A stretch of 64,000 nt of DNA from assembly GCA_017626305.1 (NCBI GenBank), contig JAGAIW010000181.1, forward strand, positions 4,283 through 68,282, in the 5' to 3' direction. Below are positions 44,696-52,256 of this stretch, piece by piece; positions within the stretch are counted from its first letter, which is position 1; every line of letters starts with the position of its first letter. The translations under genes were made by a program, and so were the position numbers. Source of the DNA: Clostridia bacterium. Its GTDB lineage: Bacteria > Bacillota > Clostridia > Christensenellales > Borkfalkiaceae. The notes under the pieces are model-generated. The model saw nothing but the letters and a program-made list of their open reading frames with translations, was not told the DNA's origin and ran no database searches.

Positions 44696-47320
44696 ATGAA
44701 CAAGAAAAGAATGATAGCTCGCGCAATGAGTCTTGCCCTTTGTGGCGTCATTTGCGGTAGCACGCTCACGTCGCTTGTCGGCTGTGGTGGCGGTGCGGAA
44801 AAGAGTAGTATCGTACTGATGACGGAAGAACTCAGCGGTTTATTTAACCCGTTCTATGCAACGTCTGGTACGGACATGGACGTCGTGGGCATGACGCAAA
44901 TCGGCATGCTTTCCACGGATAAAAACGGTATGCCTGTGGCAGGTGAAGATCATCCGACGGTTGTAAAAGATTTTGAAATTGAAACAATCGGCGAAGGCGA
45001 CGATCAGGAAACGGTATACACGTTCGTATTGAAGGACGATTTGCTCTTCTCGGACGGCAAACCCCTTACCATGAACGACGTTATGTTCAATATCTACGAA
45101 TACCTTGACCCCGTATATACGGGTTCGTCTACCATGTATTCCATTAAGATTAAAGGTCTTTACGAATATAGAACGCAAAAGAGCTCGGAAAACTCCGCGG
45201 GCGCAGATGACGATATCGCAAAGTCGGCGTCCCTTCACGCAACCAACCGTAAGTTAGAACTTTTGCGTATTTATGAAACCAAAGGTAAAGTGCCTGGTTC
45301 TACTTCGTCGTATAGCTATACCGAAGAGCAAATGAAGGCGGCAATCAACAGCCATACGGCTACGCCTGGTTATCGCGCAGCTGTGTCGGCAGAGACGAAG
45401 GACGACGCTTTCTATCGTCAAAAGCTGTTGGAAGACTATGAATTTGCGTTAAAGACGTTTAAGGAAGAGTTGGAATCCGACTTCAAGGCAGCAAAAGAAT
45501 CGTACGATTTGACGACTATGCCTTATAGCGAATGGAAGACCGAGCTTTCCAACGACGTATTTAAATTCTTGTTGTATGAAAACGTAATCAAGCCTAAATA
45601 TGCAAAATATCCCGAAGGACATCCCAAGCAGGGGCTTGACAATAAATTAAAGATTGAAAAATTTGAAGGTACGGACGTATTAGCGACGTATAATACGAAA
45701 GAAAAAGCCATTCAAAAGATATATAACGACACCGTTGTTTCTGAATTTAATAAAATTTTGACGCAATGGGGTACGGCAGGTACGTTGACCACGAAATATA
45801 CGGCGGACGCAACTTCCGTTATTTTGCACGGCACGAATGTGGACGGACTGTGGCGCGATTATATTGAAGGCGTTGTTTCTTTGGGCCATATGACCGACGT
45901 TAGCACGGTTACGGTAAACGGTACGCCTTACACCGTAGCGCACGAACATAATGAAGACGGTACGCCTAAGAATGCAGACGAATACGACGTACTTCAAATC
46001 ACCGTAGACGGTATTGACCCTAAGGCGATTTATAACTTCGGATTCACGGTTGCACCTGCGCACTATTACTCTGCGGACGATAACGGCGTTGTCCCTGAAA
46101 GCAGACAAATCGACATTAAAAATCATAAGTTTGGCGTAGAATATGCAAGCAGCGATTTCCAAAGCAAGGTTATTCAATCGCAAAAGCACGTAGAAGTACC
46201 CGTTGGCGCAGGTCCTTTCAAGGCAACTGACGCAAACAACTCGGATAATCCTTCGGGCGATACCTTCTGGACGAGCAACGTCGTATTCTTTAAGAAAAAC
46301 GATAAATTTGAATTCCCTGTAAAAGCGGATAAGATTCGTATGCAGGTTGTAAGCTCCACCAACGCTTTGGATAAGCTGGAAAAGGGCGAAGTTGACTATA
46401 TCTCGCCTCAATACAGTAAGAATAATGCGCCCCGTATTAACAATTTGGTATCCAAAGGCTTTAAGAAATTGCTTACCGATCAGCTTGGTTACGGTTATAT
46501 CGGCATCAACGCAGGAAAAATTCCCGACGTGTATATCCGTCGTGCCATTATGGCAGCAATGCAACCGCAACTTGCAACGCAATATTACGAAGTAGGTATG
46601 TGTCAAAATATCGACTGGCCTATGTCCAAAGTAAGCTGGGCATATCCCAAGAACGATGACGGCTCGTACGCTACCAACTCTGCTACGCATACGCAATGGA
46701 CGGGAAGAGCTGCTGCGGAAGCTAAAATTAAAGAGTTGATGGCACAGGCAGACCCTAGCGCGTCGAAGAAAATTAGATTTACGATTGCAGGTGCGTCTAT
46801 TACCGAACACCCTACTTATGAAGTATTCAAGCAGGCAGCGGAAATTCTCAACGATTTGGGTTGGGAAGTAGAAGTAAAAGCAGACTCGCAAGCACTCACC
46901 AAGCTTTCGACTGGTGCGCTTGAAGTATGGGCAGCGGCATGGGGATCGACGATTGACCCTGATATGTATCAGGTTTACCACATGAACTCCACGGCAACGT
47001 CCGTTTACGCTTGGGGTTATCGCGAAATTAAGGAAAATCAAACGTTGTATAGCTACGAATACAACCAAATCAAGGCGCTTAGTGCAATCATTGACGAAGC
47101 TCGTACGATTGACAGTAGCACGGATGCGGGAAAAGCGTCGAGATCGGCTAAATACAAGGAAGCAATGAGCATTGTGCTTGACTTGGCTGTGGAAATGCCC
47201 GTATATCAACGTCAGACGTTGTGGCTGTATAATCCCAAGACGGTTAAAGGCTTTAACGATAACGTAAACCCTTACTCTTCGCCGCTTGAAAAGATTTGGG
47301 AACTTGAATTAGTAAAATAA
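44696..47320 (+). CDS. ABC transporter substrate-binding lipoprotein, family 5 (Opp/Dpp peptide type), unusually long
   Basis: 874 aa from the ATG at 44696, with GGAGG SD at 44682-44686. Lipobox LTSLVG|CGGG. Family-5 hallmarks: LMTEELSGLFNPFYATSGTDMDVVGMTQIGML, FVLKDDLLFSDGKPLTMNDV and VPVGAGPFK. Four Opp-type transporter genes follow. Confidence 0.85.
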   Translation: MNKKRMIARAMSLALCGVICGSTLTSLVGCGGGAEKSSIVLMTEELSGLFNPFYATSGTDMDVVGMTQIGMLSTDKNGMPVAGEDHPTVVKDFEIETIGEGDDQETVYTFVLKDDLLFSDGKPLTMNDVMFNIYEYLDPVYTGSSTMYSIKIKGLYEYRTQKSSENSAGADDDIAKSASLHATNRKLELLRIYETKGKVPGSTSSYSYTEEQMKAAINSHTATPGYRAAVSAETKDDAFYRQKLLEDYEFALKTFKEELESDFKAAKESYDLTTMPYSEWKTELSNDVFKFLLYENVIKPKYAKYPEGHPKQGLDNKLKIEKFEGTDVLATYNTKEKAIQKIYNDTVVSEFNKILTQWGTAGTLTTKYTADATSVILHGTNVDGLWRDYIEGVVSLGHMTDVSTVTVNGTPYTVAHEHNEDGTPKNADEYDVLQITVDGIDPKAIYNFGFTVAPAHYYSADDNGVVPESRQIDIKNHKFGVEYASSDFQSKVIQSQKHVEVPVGAGPFKATDANNSDNPSGDTFWTSNVVFFKKNDKFEFPVKADKIRMQVVSSTNALDKLEKGEVDYISPQYSKNNAPRINNLVSKGFKKLLTDQLGYGYIGINAGKIPDVYIRRAIMAAMQPQLATQYYEVGMCQNIDWPMSKVSWAYPKNDDGSYATNSATHTQWTGRAAAEAKIKELMAQADPSASKKIRFTIAGASITEHPTYEVFKQAAEILNDLGWEVEVKADSQALTKLSTGALEVWAAAWGSTIDPDMYQVYHMNSTATSVYAWGYREIKENQTLYSYEYNQIKALSAIIDEARTIDSSTDAGKASRSAKYKEAMSIVLDLAVEMPVYQRQTLWLYNPKTVKGFNDNVNPYSSPLEKIWELELVK

Positions 47321-47348
47321 GTTCACTTGTAAGTAATTTGAGGTTGAA

Positions 47349-48338
47349 ATGTTTAAGTATATACTAAAAAGAATAGGGGTATCCTTGCTGATTTTACTCG
47401 GTGTATCCTTTATTCTCTATGCACTTCTTCGTTGCTTGCCTACTAGTTTCGTTGATTTAAAAATCGAAGCGTTTATGAGCAATATGGGTGAAGCAGTTAC
47501 GCAGGAGTTCAAAGATCAATTATATAAAACGTACGGTCTTGACGGTACGATTGTAGAAGGATATTTTGGTTGGTTAGGAAACGTTTGCCGCTTGGAATTT
47601 GGCAACAGCTTTGTCAACCAGCGTCCGGTGTTGGCGGAAATTTTCAACGCTAATAGACTGGGCACGTCCTTCTTCTTCGCCGCGATCTCTACCGTGTTTG
47701 AATTTTTGCTTGCCATTCCGCTCGGCGTAACGGCAGCTCGTCATCAGTACTCTATTCGTGACTATGCGGTTACGGTATTCGTACTGATCGGTATTTCTTT
47801 GCCGTCCTTCTTCTTTGGACAGTTGCTCAAAGACCTGTTCGCGAACAAGCTCGGTTGGTTTCCCGTTTCTGGTATGTTCGACCCGAGCTATTCGTATACC
47901 GGCTGGGATGCAATCGTAGACTATTTGCGTCATATGTTCTTGCCCGTTCTCACCGTTGTCGTGCTGAGTATCGGCGGACGTATGAGAATGACGAGAACGA
48001 ATATGCTCGAAGTGTTAAACTCCGATTATATTCGTACGGCAAGAGCAAAGGGGTTGAAGGAAAATAAAGTTGTTTATAAGCACGCTTTCCGTAATACCAT
48101 GATTCCCCTTGTAACAAGCTTGGCAGGTTTGATTCCCGGCTTGTTCTCGGGTGCAATGATTACCGAGTCGGTCTTTGACATTGAAGGGATAGGTAAATAT
48201 GCGCTTACAGCCATGCAGCAAGCGGATATTCCCGTTATTATGACGTATAATATGTTCTTGGCATTCTTGTCGGTTATGGGCGTATTGATGTCAGACTTGA
48301 TGTATGGGATTGTCGATCCACGCGTCAAGCTGGAATAA
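47349..48338 (+). CDS. peptide ABC transporter permease (OppB/DppB-like)
   Basis: 329-aa ORF. MFKYILKRIGVSLLILLGVSFILYALL is a typical OppB/DppB N-terminus. EAA-type loop SDYIRTARAKGLKENKVVYKHAFRNTMIPLVT. Confidence 0.92.
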   Translation: MFKYILKRIGVSLLILLGVSFILYALLRCLPTSFVDLKIEAFMSNMGEAVTQEFKDQLYKTYGLDGTIVEGYFGWLGNVCRLEFGNSFVNQRPVLAEIFNANRLGTSFFFAAISTVFEFLLAIPLGVTAARHQYSIRDYAVTVFVLIGISLPSFFFGQLLKDLFANKLGWFPVSGMFDPSYSYTGWDAIVDYLRHMFLPVLTVVVLSIGGRMRMTRTNMLEVLNSDYIRTARAKGLKENKVVYKHAFRNTMIPLVTSLAGLIPGLFSGAMITESVFDIEGIGKYALTAMQQADIPVIMTYNMFLAFLSVMGVLMSDLMYGIVDPRVKLE

Positions 48339-48350
48339 AGGAGAAGGGAA

Positions 48351-49427
48351 ATGGAAGAAAAGAAAGAATTGGATATGCAATCCGAAGAAATTCAAGAAAC
48401 CACAGCAGCCCTTTCCGTGGATACGCCTGTGGAAGATAGTGAAACGCCGCTCGATAAAAACGTCAAGCTCATGTCGCCTACGCGCATGTTGCTCCGTCGT
48501 TTCTTCCGTTCTAAGCTTTCGCTTATAGGGTTGATTATGCTTGCCGCGCTGGTTGTATTTTGTTGGCTTGGTCCAGTCGTATATACCCGTTGGGGCGAAA
48601 CGGAAACTGACCGTGTCGGGGTGGCGGATTTCGACGAAGAGATTATTATAACGGAAAACGGAGAAGAATATATTCAGCTTATTATAACGGAAAATGATAT
48701 CAATAAGTTAGCTCCGCCTTCGTGGGATCACCTTCTTGGTACGGACGAAAAGGGCTTAGATATCTTGACCCGTTTAATGTACGGTGGACAACTGTCCTTG
48801 ACGGTTAGTTTTTCCGCGGTATTCTTAACGTCGTTGCTGGGGATCGTGCTCGGTGGTGTTGCGGGCTATTACGGGGGAGTGGTAGATAATATTATCATGC
48901 GTATATGCGATATGCTGATGTGTTTGCCTACCCTTCCGTTGATGTTGATTATCGGTACGGTTTTGGACGCAAACGGTGTCCCGCAGGAGTACTACATATA
49001 CCTTTTGATGGGGCTATTATCCCTGTTCTCGTGGACGGGTATGGCGCGTTTGGTACGTGGACAAATTTTGTTCCTTCGTGAGCAAGAATATATGGTTGCG
49101 GCAGAAGCCATGGGGTATTCGACGCCGAGAAGAATTTTCAAGCACTTGTTGCCCAACGTATTGCCGCAGATTATCGTTTCCATGACCATGTCGCTTGGTA
49201 GCATGATTTTGTACGAATCTACCTTATCCTATTTAGGGTTAGGTGTAAGAGTTCCGTATGCTTCATGGGGTACAATGATTGAAATTATATCGAAAGATCT
49301 CAGCATTTTCCAAAATAACTTCAACGTTTGGGGACCTCCGGGTATTTGTATCGTTATCGCCGTACTTGGTTTCAACTTTATAGGGGACGGTCTGCGCGAC
49401 GCGCTTGACCCGAAACAAAGGAGATAA
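48351..49427 (+). CDS. peptide ABC transporter permease (OppC/DppC-like) with an acidic N-terminal extension
   Basis: 358-aa ORF with WDHLLGTDEKGLDILTRLMYGG and EYMVAAEAMGYSTPRRIFKHLLPNVLPQI. It has a ~50-aa N-terminal extension and an insert in the first external loop. Confidence 0.92.
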   Translation: MEEKKELDMQSEEIQETTAALSVDTPVEDSETPLDKNVKLMSPTRMLLRRFFRSKLSLIGLIMLAALVVFCWLGPVVYTRWGETETDRVGVADFDEEIIITENGEEYIQLIITENDINKLAPPSWDHLLGTDEKGLDILTRLMYGGQLSLTVSFSAVFLTSLLGIVLGGVAGYYGGVVDNIIMRICDMLMCLPTLPLMLIIGTVLDANGVPQEYYIYLLMGLLSLFSWTGMARLVRGQILFLREQEYMVAAEAMGYSTPRRIFKHLLPNVLPQIIVSMTMSLGSMILYESTLSYLGLGVRVPYASWGTMIEIISKDLSIFQNNFNVWGPPGICIVIAVLGFNFIGDGLRDALDPKQRR

Positions 49428-49429
49428 GC

Positions 49430-50797
49430 ATGGGCGTATTGAAGAACTTTTTTAAGAAAAATAACGCGGAAGCGGGCAAAACCGCTTCCAGCGGCAATCA
49501 TTACATGACGGGTAAAGAAATCCGTGCGATTGCCAAAGAAAATAATAAAATCATGCGCGCTTTGGAAAAAGAAAAGATGCGCAAAAAGCCCGAATCGGAA
49601 TATCTTTCTACTATGAAAGATGACAATAACATTCTTGAAATCGAAAACTTACATTCGTATTTCTATACCGACCAAGGGGTTGTAAAAGCGGTAAACGGCG
49701 TTACGTTTTCTATTCCGCTCAATTCGACGGTTGGTGTTGTTGGCGAATCCGGTTGCGGTAAGTCGGTAACGTCTATGTCCGTCATGCGTCTTTTACAAGG
49801 GCCTTCGGGACAAATTGTAGACGGCTCTATCCGTTTCAAGGCAAACGATTTTAAGCGCGACGAAAAGGGGAATTTTATTCCCGTGTACGAAAAAGACGAA
49901 GACGGTAACGTAATTTTCGATCAAGTTCTCGATAAAAACGGGAATGTTAAACTGGATAAAGAAGGGAATCCCGTTCTCAAACCTAGACAAGCAAAAGATG
50001 AAAACGGTATCGGTATTTACGAAAAAGAAGAAAAGGTTTTCGATATCGCAAAAATGCCGATTAACGAAATGTACCGTTTGCGCGGTAGACAAATGTCCAT
50101 GGTTTTCCAAGAACCCATGACGTCGCTCAACCCCGTTTTCACTATCGGCGATCAGTTGGACGAAGTAACCCTGCTCCACGTTCCCGGGGCAACCAAAGAA
50201 CTTGCGAAAAAACGCTCGATTGATATGCTCAATTTGGTAGGGATTGCCATGCCCGAGCGTGTTTATGCTTCTTACCCCCACGAATTGTCGGGCGGTATGC
50301 GTCAACGTATCATGATTGCTATGGCGCTTGCAGGCGAACCCCGTTTGATTATCGCGGACGAACCGACTACGGCGCTTGACGTAACCATTCAAGCGCAGGT
50401 TCTTGATTTGTTTAATGATTTGAAGACGAGAATCAACGGTTCTATCCTGCTCATTACGCACGATTTGGGCGTTATTGCAGAAATGGCGGATTACGTTGTA
50501 GTCATGTATGCAGGTAGAATTATCGAACAAGGTACGGCGTCGGAGATTTTCCATAATCCCTGCCATCCGTACACGCAAGGCTTGCAGAAGTCTAAACCGA
50601 CCATGAAGTCCAACGAAGAGCAGCTTTTCAATATTCCCGGTAACGTTCCCAACCCTGTGGATATGCCCAACTATTGTTACTTTAAGGAAAGATGTTCACA
50701 ATGTATCGGCAAATGCTCCGGTGAATATCCCTGCATGGTACAGGTAAGCCCTACGCATTTCGTAGCTTGCCATTTGTACGACGCAAAGGAGAATTGA
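49430..50797 (+). CDS. peptide ABC transporter ATP-binding protein (OppD/DppD-like) with an N-terminal extension and a ~65-aa insertion
   Basis: 455-aa ORF with Walker A GESGCGKS, FQEPMTSLNP, signature LSGGMRQRIMIAMAL, Walker B IIADEPTTALD, ITHDLG and a C-terminal Cys-rich oligopeptide-ATPase tail. Confidence 0.92.
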   Translation: MGVLKNFFKKNNAEAGKTASSGNHYMTGKEIRAIAKENNKIMRALEKEKMRKKPESEYLSTMKDDNNILEIENLHSYFYTDQGVVKAVNGVTFSIPLNSTVGVVGESGCGKSVTSMSVMRLLQGPSGQIVDGSIRFKANDFKRDEKGNFIPVYEKDEDGNVIFDQVLDKNGNVKLDKEGNPVLKPRQAKDENGIGIYEKEEKVFDIAKMPINEMYRLRGRQMSMVFQEPMTSLNPVFTIGDQLDEVTLLHVPGATKELAKKRSIDMLNLVGIAMPERVYASYPHELSGGMRQRIMIAMALAGEPRLIIADEPTTALDVTIQAQVLDLFNDLKTRINGSILLITHDLGVIAEMADYVVVMYAGRIIEQGTASEIFHNPCHPYTQGLQKSKPTMKSNEEQLFNIPGNVPNPVDMPNYCYFKERCSQCIGKCSGEYPCMVQVSPTHFVACHLYDAKEN

Positions 50798-50798
50798 T

Positions 50799-51893
50799 AT
50801 GACGGAAGAAATGAATTTGAATACAGAAGATTTCGTTAATTTCGACGACGTTGCGGAAAAGGAAAAAGAGCTTGCCGCCAAAGCGGAAAAAATCGAGCAG
50901 GATAAATTACTCCCGCCCGATCCCGAAGCGTTGTTGGAAGTTCGGCATTTGAAAAAATATTTCACGCTGAAAAAGACGCTGATGGGTAAAACGCTTGCCA
51001 GCTTAAAGGCTGTCGACGACGTTTCCTTCAAGATTAAACCGGGCGAAACGCTTGGTATCGTAGGGGAATCGGGCTGCGGTAAGACGACGATGGGTAGAAC
51101 GGTGTTGAAATTGCATCAACCCACCGAGGGGCAAGTCTTCTTTGAAGGAGTGGATATTGCAAAATATACCCCTAAACAAATGCGCGAGCTCCGCACGAAA
51201 ATGCAGATTGTTTTCCAAGACCCGTATTCGTCCTTACCGCCTAGAAGTACGGTAGGCGATATTTTGGCAGAGCCCGTAAAGGTGCATAAAATCGTTCCGC
51301 CTGAACAGGTAAAGGAATACGTGCTGAAAATTATGGAACAATGCGGCTTGCGTGATTACTATTACGAAAGATACCCGCATGAATTCTCGGGCGGTCAACG
51401 TCAACGTATTTGTATTGCGCGTGCGCTTGCCGTTAGTCCCAAGCTTGTCGTTTGCGACGAACCCGTTTCGGCTTTGGACGTTTCCATTCAAGCGCAAATT
51501 ATCAACCTTTTGAAAAAATTACAAAAGGAAAGACAGCTGACGTATTTGTTCATCTCGCACGATTTGTCTGTCGTAAAATATATTTCGGATAAAATCGGCG
51601 TTATGTACTTAGGCTCGATGGTGGAATTTGGTAACAAGGAAGAAATTTTCAATAATCCTTTGCACCCGTACACCAACGCATTGTTCTCGGCTGTACCTAA
51701 CCCCAACCCTGACGAAAAAGGCAACCGTATTTTGCTCAAAGGGGATATCCCTTCGCCTGCAAATCCGCCTATGGGTTGTAAATTCCATACCCGTTGTCCT
51801 AAGGCAATGGAAATCTGTAAGCATATCGAGCCCGCTTATACCGAACAAGAACCCGGACATTTCGTGGCTTGCCATTGTTATCAGGAGAAATAA
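50799..51893 (+). CDS. peptide ABC transporter ATP-binding protein (OppF/DppF-like)
   Basis: 364-aa ORF with Walker A GESGCGKTT, FQDPYSSLPP, FSGGQRQRICIARAL, VCDEPVSALD, ISHDLS and a C-terminal GCKFHTRCP motif. It has a ~45-aa N-terminal extension. Confidence 0.92.
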   Translation: MTEEMNLNTEDFVNFDDVAEKEKELAAKAEKIEQDKLLPPDPEALLEVRHLKKYFTLKKTLMGKTLASLKAVDDVSFKIKPGETLGIVGESGCGKTTMGRTVLKLHQPTEGQVFFEGVDIAKYTPKQMRELRTKMQIVFQDPYSSLPPRSTVGDILAEPVKVHKIVPPEQVKEYVLKIMEQCGLRDYYYERYPHEFSGGQRQRICIARALAVSPKLVVCDEPVSALDVSIQAQIINLLKKLQKERQLTYLFISHDLSVVKYISDKIGVMYLGSMVEFGNKEEIFNNPLHPYTNALFSAVPNPNPDEKGNRILLKGDIPSPANPPMGCKFHTRCPKAMEICKHIEPAYTEQEPGHFVACHCYQEK

Positions 51894-52153
51894 TGTCAAA
51901 AAAGAAGAAGAAAAAAGAAAAGGTAATCTATTACGACGATAATTCGACGATAGCCGATATGTCTAACGTAACGCGGATCGGACAAAAAAATCCACCGCCT
52001 AAGCCCGAACCCAAGCCTAAAAGTCCTTGGTGGGAAAAATGGCATACGTACTGGACTACCATGAAAATGATGCTCCTTCCCATGGGCGTTACGCTGTTGA
52101 TTTTGACCCTTTTATATCTTCTTTTGATGTGGCTCGGCGGTAATTTCGGCTGA
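51893..52153 (+). CDS. small membrane protein translationally coupled to the Opp operon
   Basis: 86 aa from the ATG at 51893 (TAATG overlap with the oppF-like stop). Poly-Lys N-terminus (MSKKKKKKEK), Pro/Lys-rich PPPKPEPKPKSPWW, one TM span (MMLLPMGVTLLILTLLYLLLMWL). A terminator follows. Confidence 0.55.
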   Translation: MSKKKKKKEKVIYYDDNSTIADMSNVTRIGQKNPPPKPEPKPKSPWWEKWHTYWTTMKMMLLPMGVTLLILTLLYLLLMWLGGNFG

Positions 52154-52163
52154 GAAAATGAAA

Positions 52164-52193
52164 TAAAAAAGCGACGGAAACGTCGCTTTTTTT
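52164..52193 (+). terminator. intrinsic terminator after the Opp operon (A-tract/T-tract flanks, potentially bidirectional)
   Basis: AAAAAA-GCGACG (52171-52176), loop GAAA, CGTCGC (52181-52186), then TTTTTTT. Confidence 0.8.
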
Positions 52194-52205
52194 GTTGATA
52201 TAAAG

Positions 52206-52238
52206 AAATCATCTACCCCAAATTTAGGTAGATGATTT
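52206..52238 (-). terminator. hairpin between the convergent Opp and hyd operons, probably the hydA terminator
   Basis: Perfect 12-bp stem AAATCATCTACC (52206-52217) / GGTAGATGATTT (52227-52238) with a 9-nt loop, 19 nt downstream of the hydA stop. T-rich sequence flanks it on both strands. Confidence 0.65.
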
Positions 52239-52256
52239 GTTGTTTTATTTATCCGC

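Noticed and set aside
36369-44769. Minus-strand ORFs 36369-37283, 37335-37841, 38055-39188 (377 aa), 42369-43244 and 43810-44769 inside the protease and 524-aa lipoprotein genes.
   Set aside because: These are antisense shadows of strongly supported + strand genes, one with its catalytic triad and both with signal peptides.
45680-47209. 509-aa minus-strand ORF inside the Opp substrate-binding protein gene.
   Set aside because: It lies in the codon-aligned antisense frame of a well-supported + strand gene. It stays open only because sense codons TTA/CTA/TCA are absent over this stretch. The translation is Arg/Phe/Val-rich low-information sequence with no SD or motif. It is a shadow ORF.
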